NCBI GenBank assembly: GCA_051860365.1
Contig: JBHYED010000005.1
Span: 114,888-138,887 of the forward strand
Reading direction: 5' to 3'
From: Phormidesmis sp.
Lineage (GTDB): Bacteria; Cyanobacteriota; Cyanobacteriia; Phormidesmidales; Phormidesmidaceae
DNA: 24,000 nucleotides
Below the pieces are notes generated by a model. The model saw only the letters and a program-made list of their open reading frames with translations, did not search any database and was not told where the DNA came from. This document shows, piece by piece, positions 1 through 9,500 of this stretch (within the stretch, counting starts at the first letter, position 1; the number at the start of each line of letters is the position of its first letter). Position numbers and translations under genes: made by a program.

Positions 1-565
1 AAGCTGGTTTTTCGGCCCAGGATTTGGCGTCTCTGCAATCTTTAGATTTTTGTTGTTCTTTCAAGGCTTTCACAACTACACCCTCAATCCCTTCCACATG
101 ATGGGCGTAACTGGGGTGCTCGGTGGTGCTTTACTCTGCGCTATTCACGGCGCTACGGTGCAAAACACTTTGTTCCAAGACAACCGAGGTAAAAACACAT
201 TTAGTGGCTTTGCCACCGACCAAGAAGAAGAAACCTATTCTATGGTGACAGCCAATCGCTTTTGGTCTCAAATTTTCGGCATTGCTTTTTCCAACAAGCG
301 CTGGCTGCACTTCTTTATGCTGTTTGTGCCGGTGACAGGGCTGTGGATGAGCGCAATTGGCATGGCCGGACTGGCCTTTAATCTGCGGGCTTATGACTTT
401 GTAAGTCAGGAGATTAGAGCGGCTGAGGATTCAGAATTTGAGACGTTTTACACCAAAAACATTTTGTTGAACGAGGGGCTTAGAGCATGGCTTTCAGAAA
501 TGGATCAGCCTGCCAAGAAGTTTGTTTTCCCCGACGAGGTTTTGCCACGTGGCTTTTCTGAGTAG
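1..565 (+). CDS. psbD: Photosystem II D2 protein, far-red paralog (3' partial; reading frame opens at nt 2 and the gene starts upstream of the window)
   Basis: Translation from nt 2 gives [53 protein letters not shown]...[24 protein letters not shown]...[11 protein letters not shown]. It is collinear with the C-terminal half of canonical D2 ([38 protein letters not shown]...). Scattered substitutions are typical of a divergent paralog. Stop TAG at 563-565. Confidence 0.95.
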   Translation, partial: SWFFGPGFGVSAIFRFLLFFQGFHNYTLNPFHMMGVTGVLGGALLCAIHGATVQNTLFQDNRGKNTFSGFATDQEEETYSMVTANRFWSQIFGIAFSNKRWLHFFMLFVPVTGLWMSAIGMAGLAFNLRAYDFVSQEIRAAEDSEFETFYTKNILLNEGLRAWLSEMDQPAKKFVFPDEVLPRGFSE

Positions 566-598
566 ATCGCTCTAATAGTACCGCAAGGATTATGGCAT

Positions 599-2074
599 TT
601 GTTTTTTACGAGAATCATTCTAATGGAAACACCTTTTGAAACCATTCCAGATTTAGCGGCGCCCTTGCCCGCTGACTCGGGCTCAGTTTTAGCACCGCTG
701 AGTCCTGGCTACGATGAAGCTTCTAGTGGATACGCCTGGTGGGCCGGTAACGCTCGCTTTATTACCCCCGAGCTGACCGGACGATTTTTGGGTGCTCATG
801 TCGCTCACGCTGGGCTCGTCGCCCTATGGGCCGGCGGCATGTTGTTGTTTGAAGTCTCTCACTACAATCTCTATCAGCCTATGTACGAGCAAGGGTGTAT
901 TTTAATGCCCCATATTGCTACGCTCGGTATTGGCGTCGGTCAAAATGGAGAAATCACCAGTATCTTTCCCTTTTTTGCCATTGGCGTCGCCCACCTGTTG
1001 GGCTCTGCAGTACTCGGTATTGGCGGCATGTATCACGCCATCAAAGGGCCAGAAAAGCTCTATGGCTTCTTCCAATTTGACTGGACAGATAAAGCAAAAG
1101 TCGCGCAGATATTAGGCTTTCATATCGCAGTGTTGGGCGCTTTTGCCCTTTTGTTTGCTGCAAAGGCAATGTACTGGGGCGGGCTGTACGACCCCTGGGC
1201 TCCGGGCGGTGGTGACGTGCGGCTCATATCGCACCCAACGTTAGATCCCCGCATTATTTTTGGCTACCTGATTAAAAAACCAACCGGCGGCGAAGGCTGG
1301 ATTGTCAGCGTTGATAATTTAGAAGACGTGATTGGTGGCCATATCTGGATTGGCTGCATTCTGATTGTCGGTGGAATATGGCATATTTTAGTGCCGCCGC
1401 TACGCTGGACATACAATCTCTTTCCTTGGACGGGCGAGACATATCTTTCTCAAAGCTTAGGAAATGTAGCGGGTCAGGCGTTTATCGCATCGGCCTTTAT
1501 TTGGTTCAACAATACGGCTTATCCTAGCGTCTTTTATGGGCCGACGGTTCCAGAAGCTTCGCAGGCACAGTCTTTTGTGTTCTTGATGAGAGATCAGGGC
1601 ATGGGAGCAGATGTGGCGGCGGCGCAGGGGCCAACCGGGCTTGGGAAGTATTTGCAGCGATCGCCTACCGGAGAAATCATCTTTGGTGGTGAAACCATGC
1701 GCTTTTGGGACGCGCGTGCCCCTTGGCTGGAGCCGTTGCGCGGTAGAAACGGGCTGGATCTCGACCGGCTTCAGAACGATGTTCAACCCTGGCAGTTGAG
1801 ACGCGCCGCAGAATATATGACGCATTCTCCAATTGGATCGCTCAATTCAGTGGCAGGGCTAGCCACCGAATCGAATGCGTTCAACTACGTATCGCCGAGA
1901 GCATGGCTAGCGTCCGCACACTTTATCTTTGGCTTCTTCTTTTTGGTGGGCCATCTGTGGCACGCCGGGAGGGCGAGAGCCGCCGCCGCAGGCTTTGAAA
2001 CCGGGCTAGATAGAGAAAATGAGCCGGTGCTCTCGATGCCGCCAATCGATCCAGGCATGCGGTCAGACTATTAG
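599..2074 (+). CDS. psbC: Photosystem II CP43 chlorophyll apoprotein, far-red paralog
   Basis: CP43 hallmarks: [27 protein letters not shown], large lumenal loop, C-terminal [20 protein letters not shown] at 599 has an AAGGA Shine-Dalgarno 9 nt upstream (585-589). The alternative ATG at 623 (METPFE) has no obvious SD. Confidence 0.94.
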   Translation: MFFTRIILMETPFETIPDLAAPLPADSGSVLAPLSPGYDEASSGYAWWAGNARFITPELTGRFLGAHVAHAGLVALWAGGMLLFEVSHYNLYQPMYEQGCILMPHIATLGIGVGQNGEITSIFPFFAIGVAHLLGSAVLGIGGMYHAIKGPEKLYGFFQFDWTDKAKVAQILGFHIAVLGAFALLFAAKAMYWGGLYDPWAPGGGDVRLISHPTLDPRIIFGYLIKKPTGGEGWIVSVDNLEDVIGGHIWIGCILIVGGIWHILVPPLRWTYNLFPWTGETYLSQSLGNVAGQAFIASAFIWFNNTAYPSVFYGPTVPEASQAQSFVFLMRDQGMGADVAAAQGPTGLGKYLQRSPTGEIIFGGETMRFWDARAPWLEPLRGRNGLDLDRLQNDVQPWQLRRAAEYMTHSPIGSLNSVAGLATESNAFNYVSPRAWLASAHFIFGFFFLVGHLWHAGRARAAAAGFETGLDRENEPVLSMPPIDPGMRSDY

Positions 2075-2099
2075 AATTGTTTATTAAGGAGAACGTTTC

Positions 2100-3629
2100 A
2101 TGGGACTACCTTGGTATCGCGTCCATACCTCTGTGATTAATGACCCTGGCCGGTTGATTGCGGTGCATATTATGCACAACGCGCTTTGTGCTGGGTTTGC
2201 AGGTTCGATGTTGTTGTTTGAGCTGTCGCTGTTTGATCCAAGCGATCCGGTGCTGAACCCGATGTGGCGACAAGGGTGCTTTTTGATGCCGTTTGTGGCT
2301 CGCCTGGGCGTTGTGAACTCCTGGCAAGGTTGGAGTATTACTGGAGAATCGTTCATTAATCCTGGGCTTTGGACATTTGAAACGGTTGCGATCGCCCACA
2401 TTCTCTTCTCCGGCCTCTCCTTCCTCGCTGCCTGCTGGCACTGGGTGTACTGGGACATCGCCACCTTCTTTGATCCAAAAACCGATGAGCCCATCATCGA
2501 CTTGCCTAAAGTCTTTGGTATTCACCTCACACTAGCCGGACTGCTGTGCTTTGGCTTTGGCGCTTTCCATCTCACCGGAATTTTTGGCCCTGGCATGTGG
2601 GTTTCTGACCCTTTGGCGCTAACCGGACATATTCAAGGGGTTGCCCCAGAATGGGGGGCTGCTGGCTTTGATCCACAGAATCCAGGTGGCGTGGTTGCCC
2701 ACCATATTGCCCTCGGAATTGTCGCCATCATCGGCGGGCTGTTTCATATCTTTGTTCGTCCGCCACAGTATCTCTTTGAAGGCTTGAGAATGGGCAATAT
2801 TGAAGGCGTGTTAGCTAGCGGATTAGCGGTGTTTTTCTCAGGTGCTTTCATCGCGGCGGGTACTATGTGGTATGGCACGGCAACTACACCAATTGAGCTG
2901 TGGGGGCCAACTCGGTACCAGTGGGATCAGGGCTATTTTCAAACAGAGATTAGTCGCCGGGTGAAAGCAGACATTAGCCAGGGCAAAAGTCTTTCTGAGG
3001 CATGGGATGCTATTCCGCCCAAGCTGGCCTTTTATGACTACGTGGGCAATAGTCCAGCAAAAGGCGGTTTGTTTCGAGTCGGTCGTATGGTGGATGGTGA
3101 CGGGCTGCCGACAGAATGGCAAGGACATCCTGTCTTTAAAGACAAAGAGAATAGAGAGATTTCAGTGCGACGACTGCCTAATTTCTTTGAAAACTTTCCA
3201 GTGGTTTTGTTTGATAAAGATAATATTGTTCGAGCTGATATTCCATTCCGTCAAGCAGAGTCCAAGTATAGCTTTGAGCAAACGGGCGTCACTGTTACCT
3301 TTTATGGCGGTGCGCTAGATGGCCAAACGTTTAGCGATCCTCAAACGGTGAAAAAGTATGCGCGTAAGGCTCAGCTAGGAGAAGTGTTTGAGTTTGATCG
3401 CGACACGTATGATTCAGATGGATTCTTTAGAACGACCAATCGCGGATTCTTTGCCTTTTTCCACGTTTGTTTTGGTCTACTCTGGTTCTTCGGCCATATC
3501 TGGCACGGACTGCGAGCGCTGTTCCAAGACGTATTCTCTGGCGTCGATCCAAGCTTGAGTCCTGAGCAGGTAGAGTGGGGCTACTACAAAAAAGTGGGCG
3601 ATCCGACGAGCCGACCAACCACCATTTAG
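2100..3629 (+). CDS. psbB: Photosystem II CP47 chlorophyll apoprotein, far-red paralog
   Basis: [29 protein letters not shown]..., 509 aa, the canonical CP47 N-terminus and length. AAGGAGA SD just upstream (2087-2093). Follows psbC after a 25-nt gap. Confidence 0.97.
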   Translation: MGLPWYRVHTSVINDPGRLIAVHIMHNALCAGFAGSMLLFELSLFDPSDPVLNPMWRQGCFLMPFVARLGVVNSWQGWSITGESFINPGLWTFETVAIAHILFSGLSFLAACWHWVYWDIATFFDPKTDEPIIDLPKVFGIHLTLAGLLCFGFGAFHLTGIFGPGMWVSDPLALTGHIQGVAPEWGAAGFDPQNPGGVVAHHIALGIVAIIGGLFHIFVRPPQYLFEGLRMGNIEGVLASGLAVFFSGAFIAAGTMWYGTATTPIELWGPTRYQWDQGYFQTEISRRVKADISQGKSLSEAWDAIPPKLAFYDYVGNSPAKGGLFRVGRMVDGDGLPTEWQGHPVFKDKENREISVRRLPNFFENFPVVLFDKDNIVRADIPFRQAESKYSFEQTGVTVTFYGGALDGQTFSDPQTVKKYARKAQLGEVFEFDRDTYDSDGFFRTTNRGFFAFFHVCFGLLWFFGHIWHGLRALFQDVFSGVDPSLSPEQVEWGYYKKVGDPTSRPTTI

Positions 3630-3642
3630 GGTTGTCGATGCT

Positions 3643-3697
3643 AGGACGTAACGATATGGGACTGTTCATATCGCTGCGTCCTTTTCCTTTTCTTTTT
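3643..3697 (+). terminator. Stem-loop plus T-tract between psbB and psbH (intrinsic terminator or attenuator, or an RNA stability element)
   Basis: AGGACGTAACGATATG (3643-3658) pairs with CATATCGCTGCGTCCT (3667-3682): 16 positions with one wobble and one mismatch, and an 8-nt loop. It is followed directly by TTTTCCTTTTCTTTTT (3683-3698). Confidence 0.5.
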
Positions 3698-3724
3698 GAC
3701 TGTGTTCACAGATAGGAACTAACC

Positions 3725-3928
3725 ATGCCACAAAAATATGTTTCAAGAAAAGCAGCTCCGTTTCAGTACTTTTTCAGACGGCTAAACTCTGAGGCTGGCC
3801 GAGTATCTCCTGGCTGGGGAACAGCGCCTATTATGGGTGTCATGCTAGTGATGTTGCTGCTGTTTATCCTAACTATTTTACAGCTGTATAACGGCACTGT
3901 TTTGCTTGAGGGCGTCAATATAAACTGA
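3725..3928 (+). CDS. psbH: Photosystem II reaction centre protein H, far-red paralog
   Basis: 67 aa. RRLNSEAGRVSPGWGTAPIMGVMLVMLLLFILTILQLYNGTVLLEG matches the PsbH core ([20 protein letters not shown]...ILQIYNSS..LEG) with a single TM helix. Confidence 0.9.
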   Translation: MPQKYVSRKAAPFQYFFRRLNSEAGRVSPGWGTAPIMGVMLVMLLLFILTILQLYNGTVLLEGVNIN

Positions 3929-3991
3929 CAGTAGTTTCTATAGAGATTGGAGCTATAGAGGCTAGAATGCTCTGAAATAAAAAATAAAGAT

Positions 3992-4028
3992 GGCTCTCAA
4001 GGCGCAATCCTTGGGGGCCATTCTTATT
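3992..4028 (+). terminator. Candidate intrinsic terminator of the psbDCBH transcription unit
   Basis: GGCTCTCAAGG (3992-4002), loop CGCAAT, CCTTGGGGGCC (4009-4019): 11 bp including two G-U pairs, followed by ATTCTTATT. The T-tract is weak. Confidence 0.4.
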
Positions 4029-4307
4029 AATGAAGAGCAATATATCCTCATATATCTCTATTTACCTCATATATATCCATTTATCTATCAATCTACTAAG
4101 ATACCGTCCGTTATTTCCGTAAAACTAACGCTTCTGAAAGAACATTTTGTCCTTTTTGAAAATAGACGTCTAAAGATAGACTATAGCGGCTGTAAGCTAT
4201 GCTACGGGACGCTTTGACAATAGATAAAAAGTTAGTGTATAACGGTAAAACAGCTCCATATAATATATAATACTTTATAAAAATAAAAAAGAGATTTTCA
4301 ATATTAA

Positions 4308-5315
4308 ATGAAAGGCAATCAAAATTCTGAGCCGGAACGTCTTTTTCAGGGCTCAGTTCCCGCAGACTACCCTGATAACGAAGAAGACAGAATTCAGCAG
4401 CTTCTGCGCTATCGAATTTTAGATACAGAACCGGAAACAGCCTATGATGATTTGGCTGCGATCGCGGCTCATATCTGCGGTACAGAGATTTCCTTGGTCA
4501 GCTTTATCGACGTTTCCAGGCAGTGGCTTAAGTCTACAATAGGAATAGACGTCATTGAAACTGCTCGCGAGATAGCCTTTTGCTCGCACGCTATTTTGCA
4601 GCCTCAGGTCATGGTTATTCCAGATACCTTGGCAGACGAACGCTTCGCGCATAATCCACTGACAACGGGCGCTCCGCACATTCGGTTTTATGCAGGGGCA
4701 CCTCTCATTACGGCTGGAGGCCATGCCTTAGGAACACTCTGTGTGATAGATCGCGAGCCCAAGCAGCTTACAGCCGAACAAATCAGTGCGCTTGAAGCCC
4801 TCGCGCGGCAGGTCGTTAATCAGCTAGAAACGCGGCTAATGCTGCAAAAGATTCAGAATGAGGTTGCCGAGCGCGAGCAGACGGAAGCAAAGCTACAGCA
4901 GTCAAACATTGATTTGGAAAACCGTATCAAAAAGCGGACAGAACTTATTCGCTATCAGAACCGGCAGCTCGAACGCGCTTTTGAAAATGCTCGACAGGCT
5001 CAGGCTCAGCTTATTGATCTGGAGAAAACGGCGTCTTTAGAGCAGTTGGTCTCTAGCATTGCTTATGAAGTTAACAATCCGCTGGGCCTGATCGCTGGAA
5101 ATATTCAGCGTGTGCAGGCATATGTAGCTGATCTGATAGCGCTGATATGGCTGTATCGAGAGCAGTATGGAGAAGTAGATGATGCGATCGCAGCCCAAAT
5201 AAAAGAGAGCGAGCTAGATTTCATTAGCGTAGACGTTATAAAAAAACTCAGCGCTATGCAGAAATCGGGTGATGACCTGCTCATAATTTTTCAATCGCTG
5301 CAAAACTTTACTTGA
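4308..5315 (+). CDS. GAF-domain protein with coiled coil and a truncated HisKA/DHp remnant lacking the phospho-acceptor His (degenerate sensor kinase, no ATPase domain)
   Basis: Common bacterial GAF signature (LLRYRILDTEPE..YDDLAAIAAHICG..ISLVSFID..RQWLKS...FCSHAI...IRFYAGAPL...GTLCVIDREPKQL). A Q/E/R-rich coiled coil follows, then SLEQLVSSIAYEVNNPLGLIAGN...ELDFI....LQNFT. This aligns to the H-box region of cyanobacterial kinases (..AHEINNP...LRNFSR..). The His codon is TAT (Tyr, 5064-5066), and the ORF stops where the rest of the DHp and HATPase_c would follow. Confidence 0.8.
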   Translation: MKGNQNSEPERLFQGSVPADYPDNEEDRIQQLLRYRILDTEPETAYDDLAAIAAHICGTEISLVSFIDVSRQWLKSTIGIDVIETAREIAFCSHAILQPQVMVIPDTLADERFAHNPLTTGAPHIRFYAGAPLITAGGHALGTLCVIDREPKQLTAEQISALEALARQVVNQLETRLMLQKIQNEVAEREQTEAKLQQSNIDLENRIKKRTELIRYQNRQLERAFENARQAQAQLIDLEKTASLEQLVSSIAYEVNNPLGLIAGNIQRVQAYVADLIALIWLYREQYGEVDDAIAAQIKESELDFISVDVIKKLSAMQKSGDDLLIIFQSLQNFT

Positions 5316-5379
5316 AAAACAGAGATCATCAAGATGAATTGGAAAGACTTTTAGAAGACGAAAACATCAAGATAATCTG

Positions 5380-5901
5380 TTACGACTGCTTGTTTGCATC
5401 ATTCTGATGACTCTCTTTGCTTTTCAACCCAGCGATACCTGTGCCACCCAAAACGCCTGCTGCAACAGAAAGCACAGTCAGCGGAATCTTTCCCTCTGCA
5501 TCTTTAACAACATAGGCAAATCCTAAAGATGAGATGAAAACTGCTAAGAAAATGCCCAAACCCCAGCGGACACTACTTTGAACAAAATTTCGATCAGCGG
5601 TGCGATCAGCGGCTTTACTCGCGTCTCTTTTCTCTTCTAAAGATAGCTTTGCCTGAGCTATTTGTAGCTGATGGGATCGTTCTTTATCGCGATCTTGATA
5701 CTCCAGGTTCACCCATTTATCAATATAATCCAGAGCCATATCGGGTTCAACCCTGGAGATGGTTTGAGTAATTTCGACTGGAATTCCTGACCTGCCTGGT
5801 ACCTGTAACTCTTGCACGACTGGAATAACAGGCGCAGGAAGTGACTGGGAAGATGTCGGTTTATTTTGCGGAGAGGATTCTGGGGCTGAAGAAGTACTCA
5901 T
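5380..5901 (-). CDS. Hypothetical membrane-anchored protein (Pro/Ser-rich N-terminus, charged helix, two C-terminal TM helices); last gene of the TPR-CHAT operon
   Basis: 173-aa ORF with an ATG start 3 nt after the stop of the upstream gene. Predicted TM segments are WGLGIFLAVFISSLGFAYVV and IPLTVLSVAAGVLGGTGIAGL. The topology resembles DUF2335-type proteins, but I cannot confirm homology. Confidence 0.6.
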   Translation of the reverse strand: MSTSSAPESSPQNKPTSSQSLPAPVIPVVQELQVPGRSGIPVEITQTISRVEPDMALDYIDKWVNLEYQDRDKERSHQLQIAQAKLSLEEKRDASKAADRTADRNFVQSSVRWGLGIFLAVFISSLGFAYVVKDAEGKIPLTVLSVAAGVLGGTGIAGLKSKESHQNDANKQS

Positions 5902-5904
5902 TGT

Positions 5905-6582
5905 TTAGGAAGGTTCGGAGAGCTTGGCGGGCGTCGTGCCAAAAATTTGAACTAGGGCAGGAGCCACAATTTGATTCAGCGTTTGATTCATGAGATAGGC
6001 TGCATGGGTGGTTGCATACTGTTCATCTTTGTGAATCAAGATAATTGCATCCGCTTCTCCAGGATTGCGACGGTCGTGACTAACAACCCAATCAGGGTTA
6101 CTTTGCCGAATGGCTTCAACTTGCTTAGAGAATATGATCACAGCTTGAGGCGAGGCTGTATCTGGGAGTGTGTAGCGATAAACAATAGGCTGAGTTGGAG
6201 ACAGTGTCGATGTCGCGAAAGCTTTAGAGCTATCGTCAGATGTCGAATGGGGTGTAGGTTTTATCTCCCGAGATGAAAAAGGAGAATTGAAAGACTGTTT
6301 TGAAAATGGATCGGACTGTTTTAGCAAACTGTGATTATCAGTACTCATACGCTTATTGCGATCGCCCTCTGCTTTGCGCAACAATTTCCTGGCAGTTTGG
6401 TAAGCTGCATTGAGCTGAGGATATTGTTTAGCAGTCTTGCTCAATTCTGTAATGTATTGCTCTGGAGATTGGGCGATCGCCCACACCTTTTCAGGCAACT
6501 CAACGCCCTCCTCACGGCAGGTTTCAAGGGCCGTGACAAAAGCCTCAACAGCAAGTTGTTCGAGTGGTTCAAGAGAGTGCAT
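5905..6582 (-). CDS. Hypothetical protein (helical N-domain, Ser/Thr-rich linker, ~85-aa C-terminal domain); middle gene of the TPR-CHAT operon
   Basis: 225-aa ORF. Its ATG (6580-6582) overlaps the end of the CHAT gene by 14 nt, which suggests translational coupling. I recognise no family. Confidence 0.6.
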   Translation of the reverse strand: MHSLEPLEQLAVEAFVTALETCREEGVELPEKVWAIAQSPEQYITELSKTAKQYPQLNAAYQTARKLLRKAEGDRNKRMSTDNHSLLKQSDPFSKQSFNSPFSSREIKPTPHSTSDDSSKAFATSTLSPTQPIVYRYTLPDTASPQAVIIFSKQVEAIRQSNPDWVVSHDRRNPGEADAIILIHKDEQYATTHAAYLMNQTLNQIVAPALVQIFGTTPAKLSEPS

Positions 6583-9500
6583 TGGTCGGGCCTCCGAGTC
6601 CCATGAGCGTAAAGGCCGCCCAGTAGTAAGGATGACGATAACGGCGCTGATCTGAGTCTATTGTATCAAGGTCATTCCGCTCGTCTTCTAAGAATTCCCT
6701 CACGTTTACAGACAGATCAAGCGTGAGCCAGTAGTCATAGCGGGTTTTGAGCTGAGCTACGGTAAGATCGCGCAGGGTACGACGACTGTGATGATAGGCG
6801 TCAGCAGGGCCGAGGTGAAGATGAGTATAAAATTCGACCATAAAAACCATACTGGCCGCAGATTCTACAGTCCAAAAGGTGCTGAGAACGTGCGGAATGT
6901 CTTGGCCGAGAAAGGCGCTAGCGATGCCGACATATTCAGCCGTGATAGTTTGGTTGCCGCTAAGAGCAGTTTCGCAACTGGCGAGGGTAACTAGGCTGTA
7001 GGCCTCTAGAGAAATTTGAGACAGGTCTTGAACCGTGAGGTTGTCGCTACCAGTAAGCGCAAGGGCAGAGTCTTTAGGGTTCGTAAAATTGTAAGCAGCA
7101 TGGCCATTGAAGTGGAAAATTAGATGAGGGTTAGCTAGCGCTTGGCTAACGGTAGAATGATTGGCTTTGCCAGCGGTTACCGTTTCCACTGAATAGGATT
7201 TAGCAAGTATCTGATTGATCAAATGCGTTTCGGCTTCGGCATGATAGAGAGGGCCGAGATCAGCATGATTGGGAGCGGTGATGGTGAGGGCGCTAGACGA
7301 CGTATCGAGTTGAGTGATTGCAGGGCGGAGGGTTTGGCCTAGCTGGAGGCTGGGTAGCGTAGTGGTTTGATAGTCGCTGAAGAAATAAGGTAGCGGCAGA
7401 CGATGGAGATCACGATGAGGGACGAGGGTGAGGTGAGCGATGTCTGGAAGAAGCTGAGCTTTAATCGCATCAACTTGGAGAATTTCGGCGAGGCGGTGAA
7501 GCTGATCGGGGAGAGCCTTGAACCAGTCAGACTTATTGCTGGGGAGCGAACCTTTACTTTTGTCGATGTGAAACTGATAGGTCTGATTCCAGTTTTTGAG
7601 CCAGGTTTCTAGCTTCCTAACTTGCTGAATATTGGACTTGATGTCGTCGTCTGTGGCACGACTGAGCGTGGTGGGTTGTGCTTTGTCCCAGCGCAGGATG
7701 AAGGTAGTCAGAGCGTCGGCGCTAAGATGCCAGTAGACAATCGCTGAATGGGGGCGAAGCAACTGACGCATCGCGTCGTAAGTAGCCGTTGGGATATCGT
7801 CTGGGTCTTGCCAGCGCAATAGCCAGGTCATCAGCCAGTTTTTGTCTGCTTCCGCAGTTTCTAAGGCTTTAACGATTTCTCCTTTTTGCAGGAGTAGATC
7901 AACCGTTATTTGTCCAAAGTTAGCGAATTGGAGTCCGAGTCGCTTTTTCTGAGGGTCAGAGGTCGCTTCAGCAAGGATGCGGCGCAAAAGTGCTGTTCCT
8001 TGGCGCAAAAGGGCCGCTACGACCTCATTGTTAATTTGCAAGGCTCCATAGGTACGCAGTAAAAGCGTCAGCAGTTCCAGTCTTGCTTGGGGAAAGGCCT
8101 CTGCTGTAAAAATTTTCAGTGCGGCTTCGTAGCTAGCGGTGGCTTTGCGCCAGTAGGGCCGGGGATTTTCCTGACGGTTGCCCCAATGACGATGAGCTTC
8201 ACCCAGGCCTTGGTGCAATTTCCCACAGTTTTCACTATCTGCTTGAGCATACTTAAAGCCTTCCTGAATGCAGGCAATCTGTCCCTCATATCCCCGTAAG
8301 TCTAGTTGAGAGTTTTGCATTTGAGGTGGCAAAGAATGAATCACCAACGTTTTCTGACTGCTGCGAAGCGAGGAACTGAGAGAAGCGTTCACAGCGCTAA
8401 TTCCTCGCCCAATCCATGCATCAGCAAAATCGGGTTTGTAGTGCAGTGCCTTGTCACAGCTATTGATCGCTTCCTCATCTTGTCCTAAATTGGTTAGCGC
8501 AAGGGCACGACCATGCCAAGCTTCAACATAGTCGGACTTGTACCGCAAGGACTGATCGTAGTCGATGACTGCCTCTTCGTAGCGTCCTAACGCACCTAGC
8601 ACAGCTCCTCGATTCGTCCAGGCAAGAGCAAGGTCAGGCTTATACTGTAGCGCCCTCTCACAATCTACTAGAGCTTCTTCATCACGTTCTAAACTGAGTA
8701 GTGCACAGCCTCTATTATTCCAAGCCATTGCATCACTGGGCTTGTACTGCAATGCACGATCTAGGCTGACTAACGATTCTTCGTAACGACCTAACTGACC
8801 GAGCGCCGCACCGTAGTCACCCCAAATTTCAGGAGCATCTGGTTGATATCGCAGGGCTTGATCAAAACTGGTGATGGATTCTTGATGTTGATCTAAGCGA
8901 CACAGTGTAAAACCACGATTTTTCCAAGCTTGTGTATAGTCCGGCTTATGTTGCAAGGCTTGATCGTAGTTAGACAGTGCCTCTTCGTGGTGTCCTAGCT
9001 TCGATAGGGCAAACCCCTTGTTGTTCCAAGCATCAGCATCATTTGCTTCATAGACTAAGACCTGCTCAAAATCAGCGATTGCTTCTTCGTAGCGTTCCAG
9101 CCTAACCAGCACGAAACCGCGATTTCTCCAAACCTGAACATAGTCCGGCTTATGTTCTACTGCTTTACCGTAGCTAACAAGCGCTTCCTCACAGCGGCCC
9201 AGCTTTTCCAGCACTGCACCACGATTATTCCAAGCTTGAGCGTAGTCTGGCTTGTATTCTATCGCTTTGTCATAGCTAATAAGCGCTTCCTCGTAGCGTT
9301 CTAAATTATTGAATGCGAAACCCCGATCAAGCCAAGCATTATGGTTGACAGGATTGAGCGCCAAAGCCCGATCATAGCTAGCAATAGCATCCTCACAGTG
9401 GCCTGCATGTCGTAAAGCTAGGCCTTTGATGAACCAGCCCTTCCATACCTCAGGCTGAAGTGCAATGCTTCGTTCAGCCGATTCAATCGCTTCCCAGTAC

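Noticed and set aside
563-601. psbD and psbC are in the same reading frame, separated by a single TAG and 11 sense codons, which raised the idea of a programmed read-through D2-CP43 fusion
   Set aside because: Same-frame placement has a one-in-three chance, and 11 stop-free codons is unremarkable. A good SD plus TTG start is present for independent initiation. I see no read-through context or structure.
3990-4217. 75-aa ORF in the psbH-GAF spacer
   Set aside because: It lies in AT-rich low-complexity DNA, has no SD, and its first codons coincide with the terminator-like hairpin at 3992-4019. The peptide (…YILIYLYLPHIYPFIYQ…) reflects repeat composition rather than a protein family.
5905-6582. 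The 225-aa protein downstream of the CHAT protease as a bacterial gasdermin
   Set aside because: The size and genomic context are suggestive, but I could not recognise gasdermin-like sequence features. The protein has a helical N-terminus and a long S/T-rich linker. I leave it as unknown pending structure prediction.
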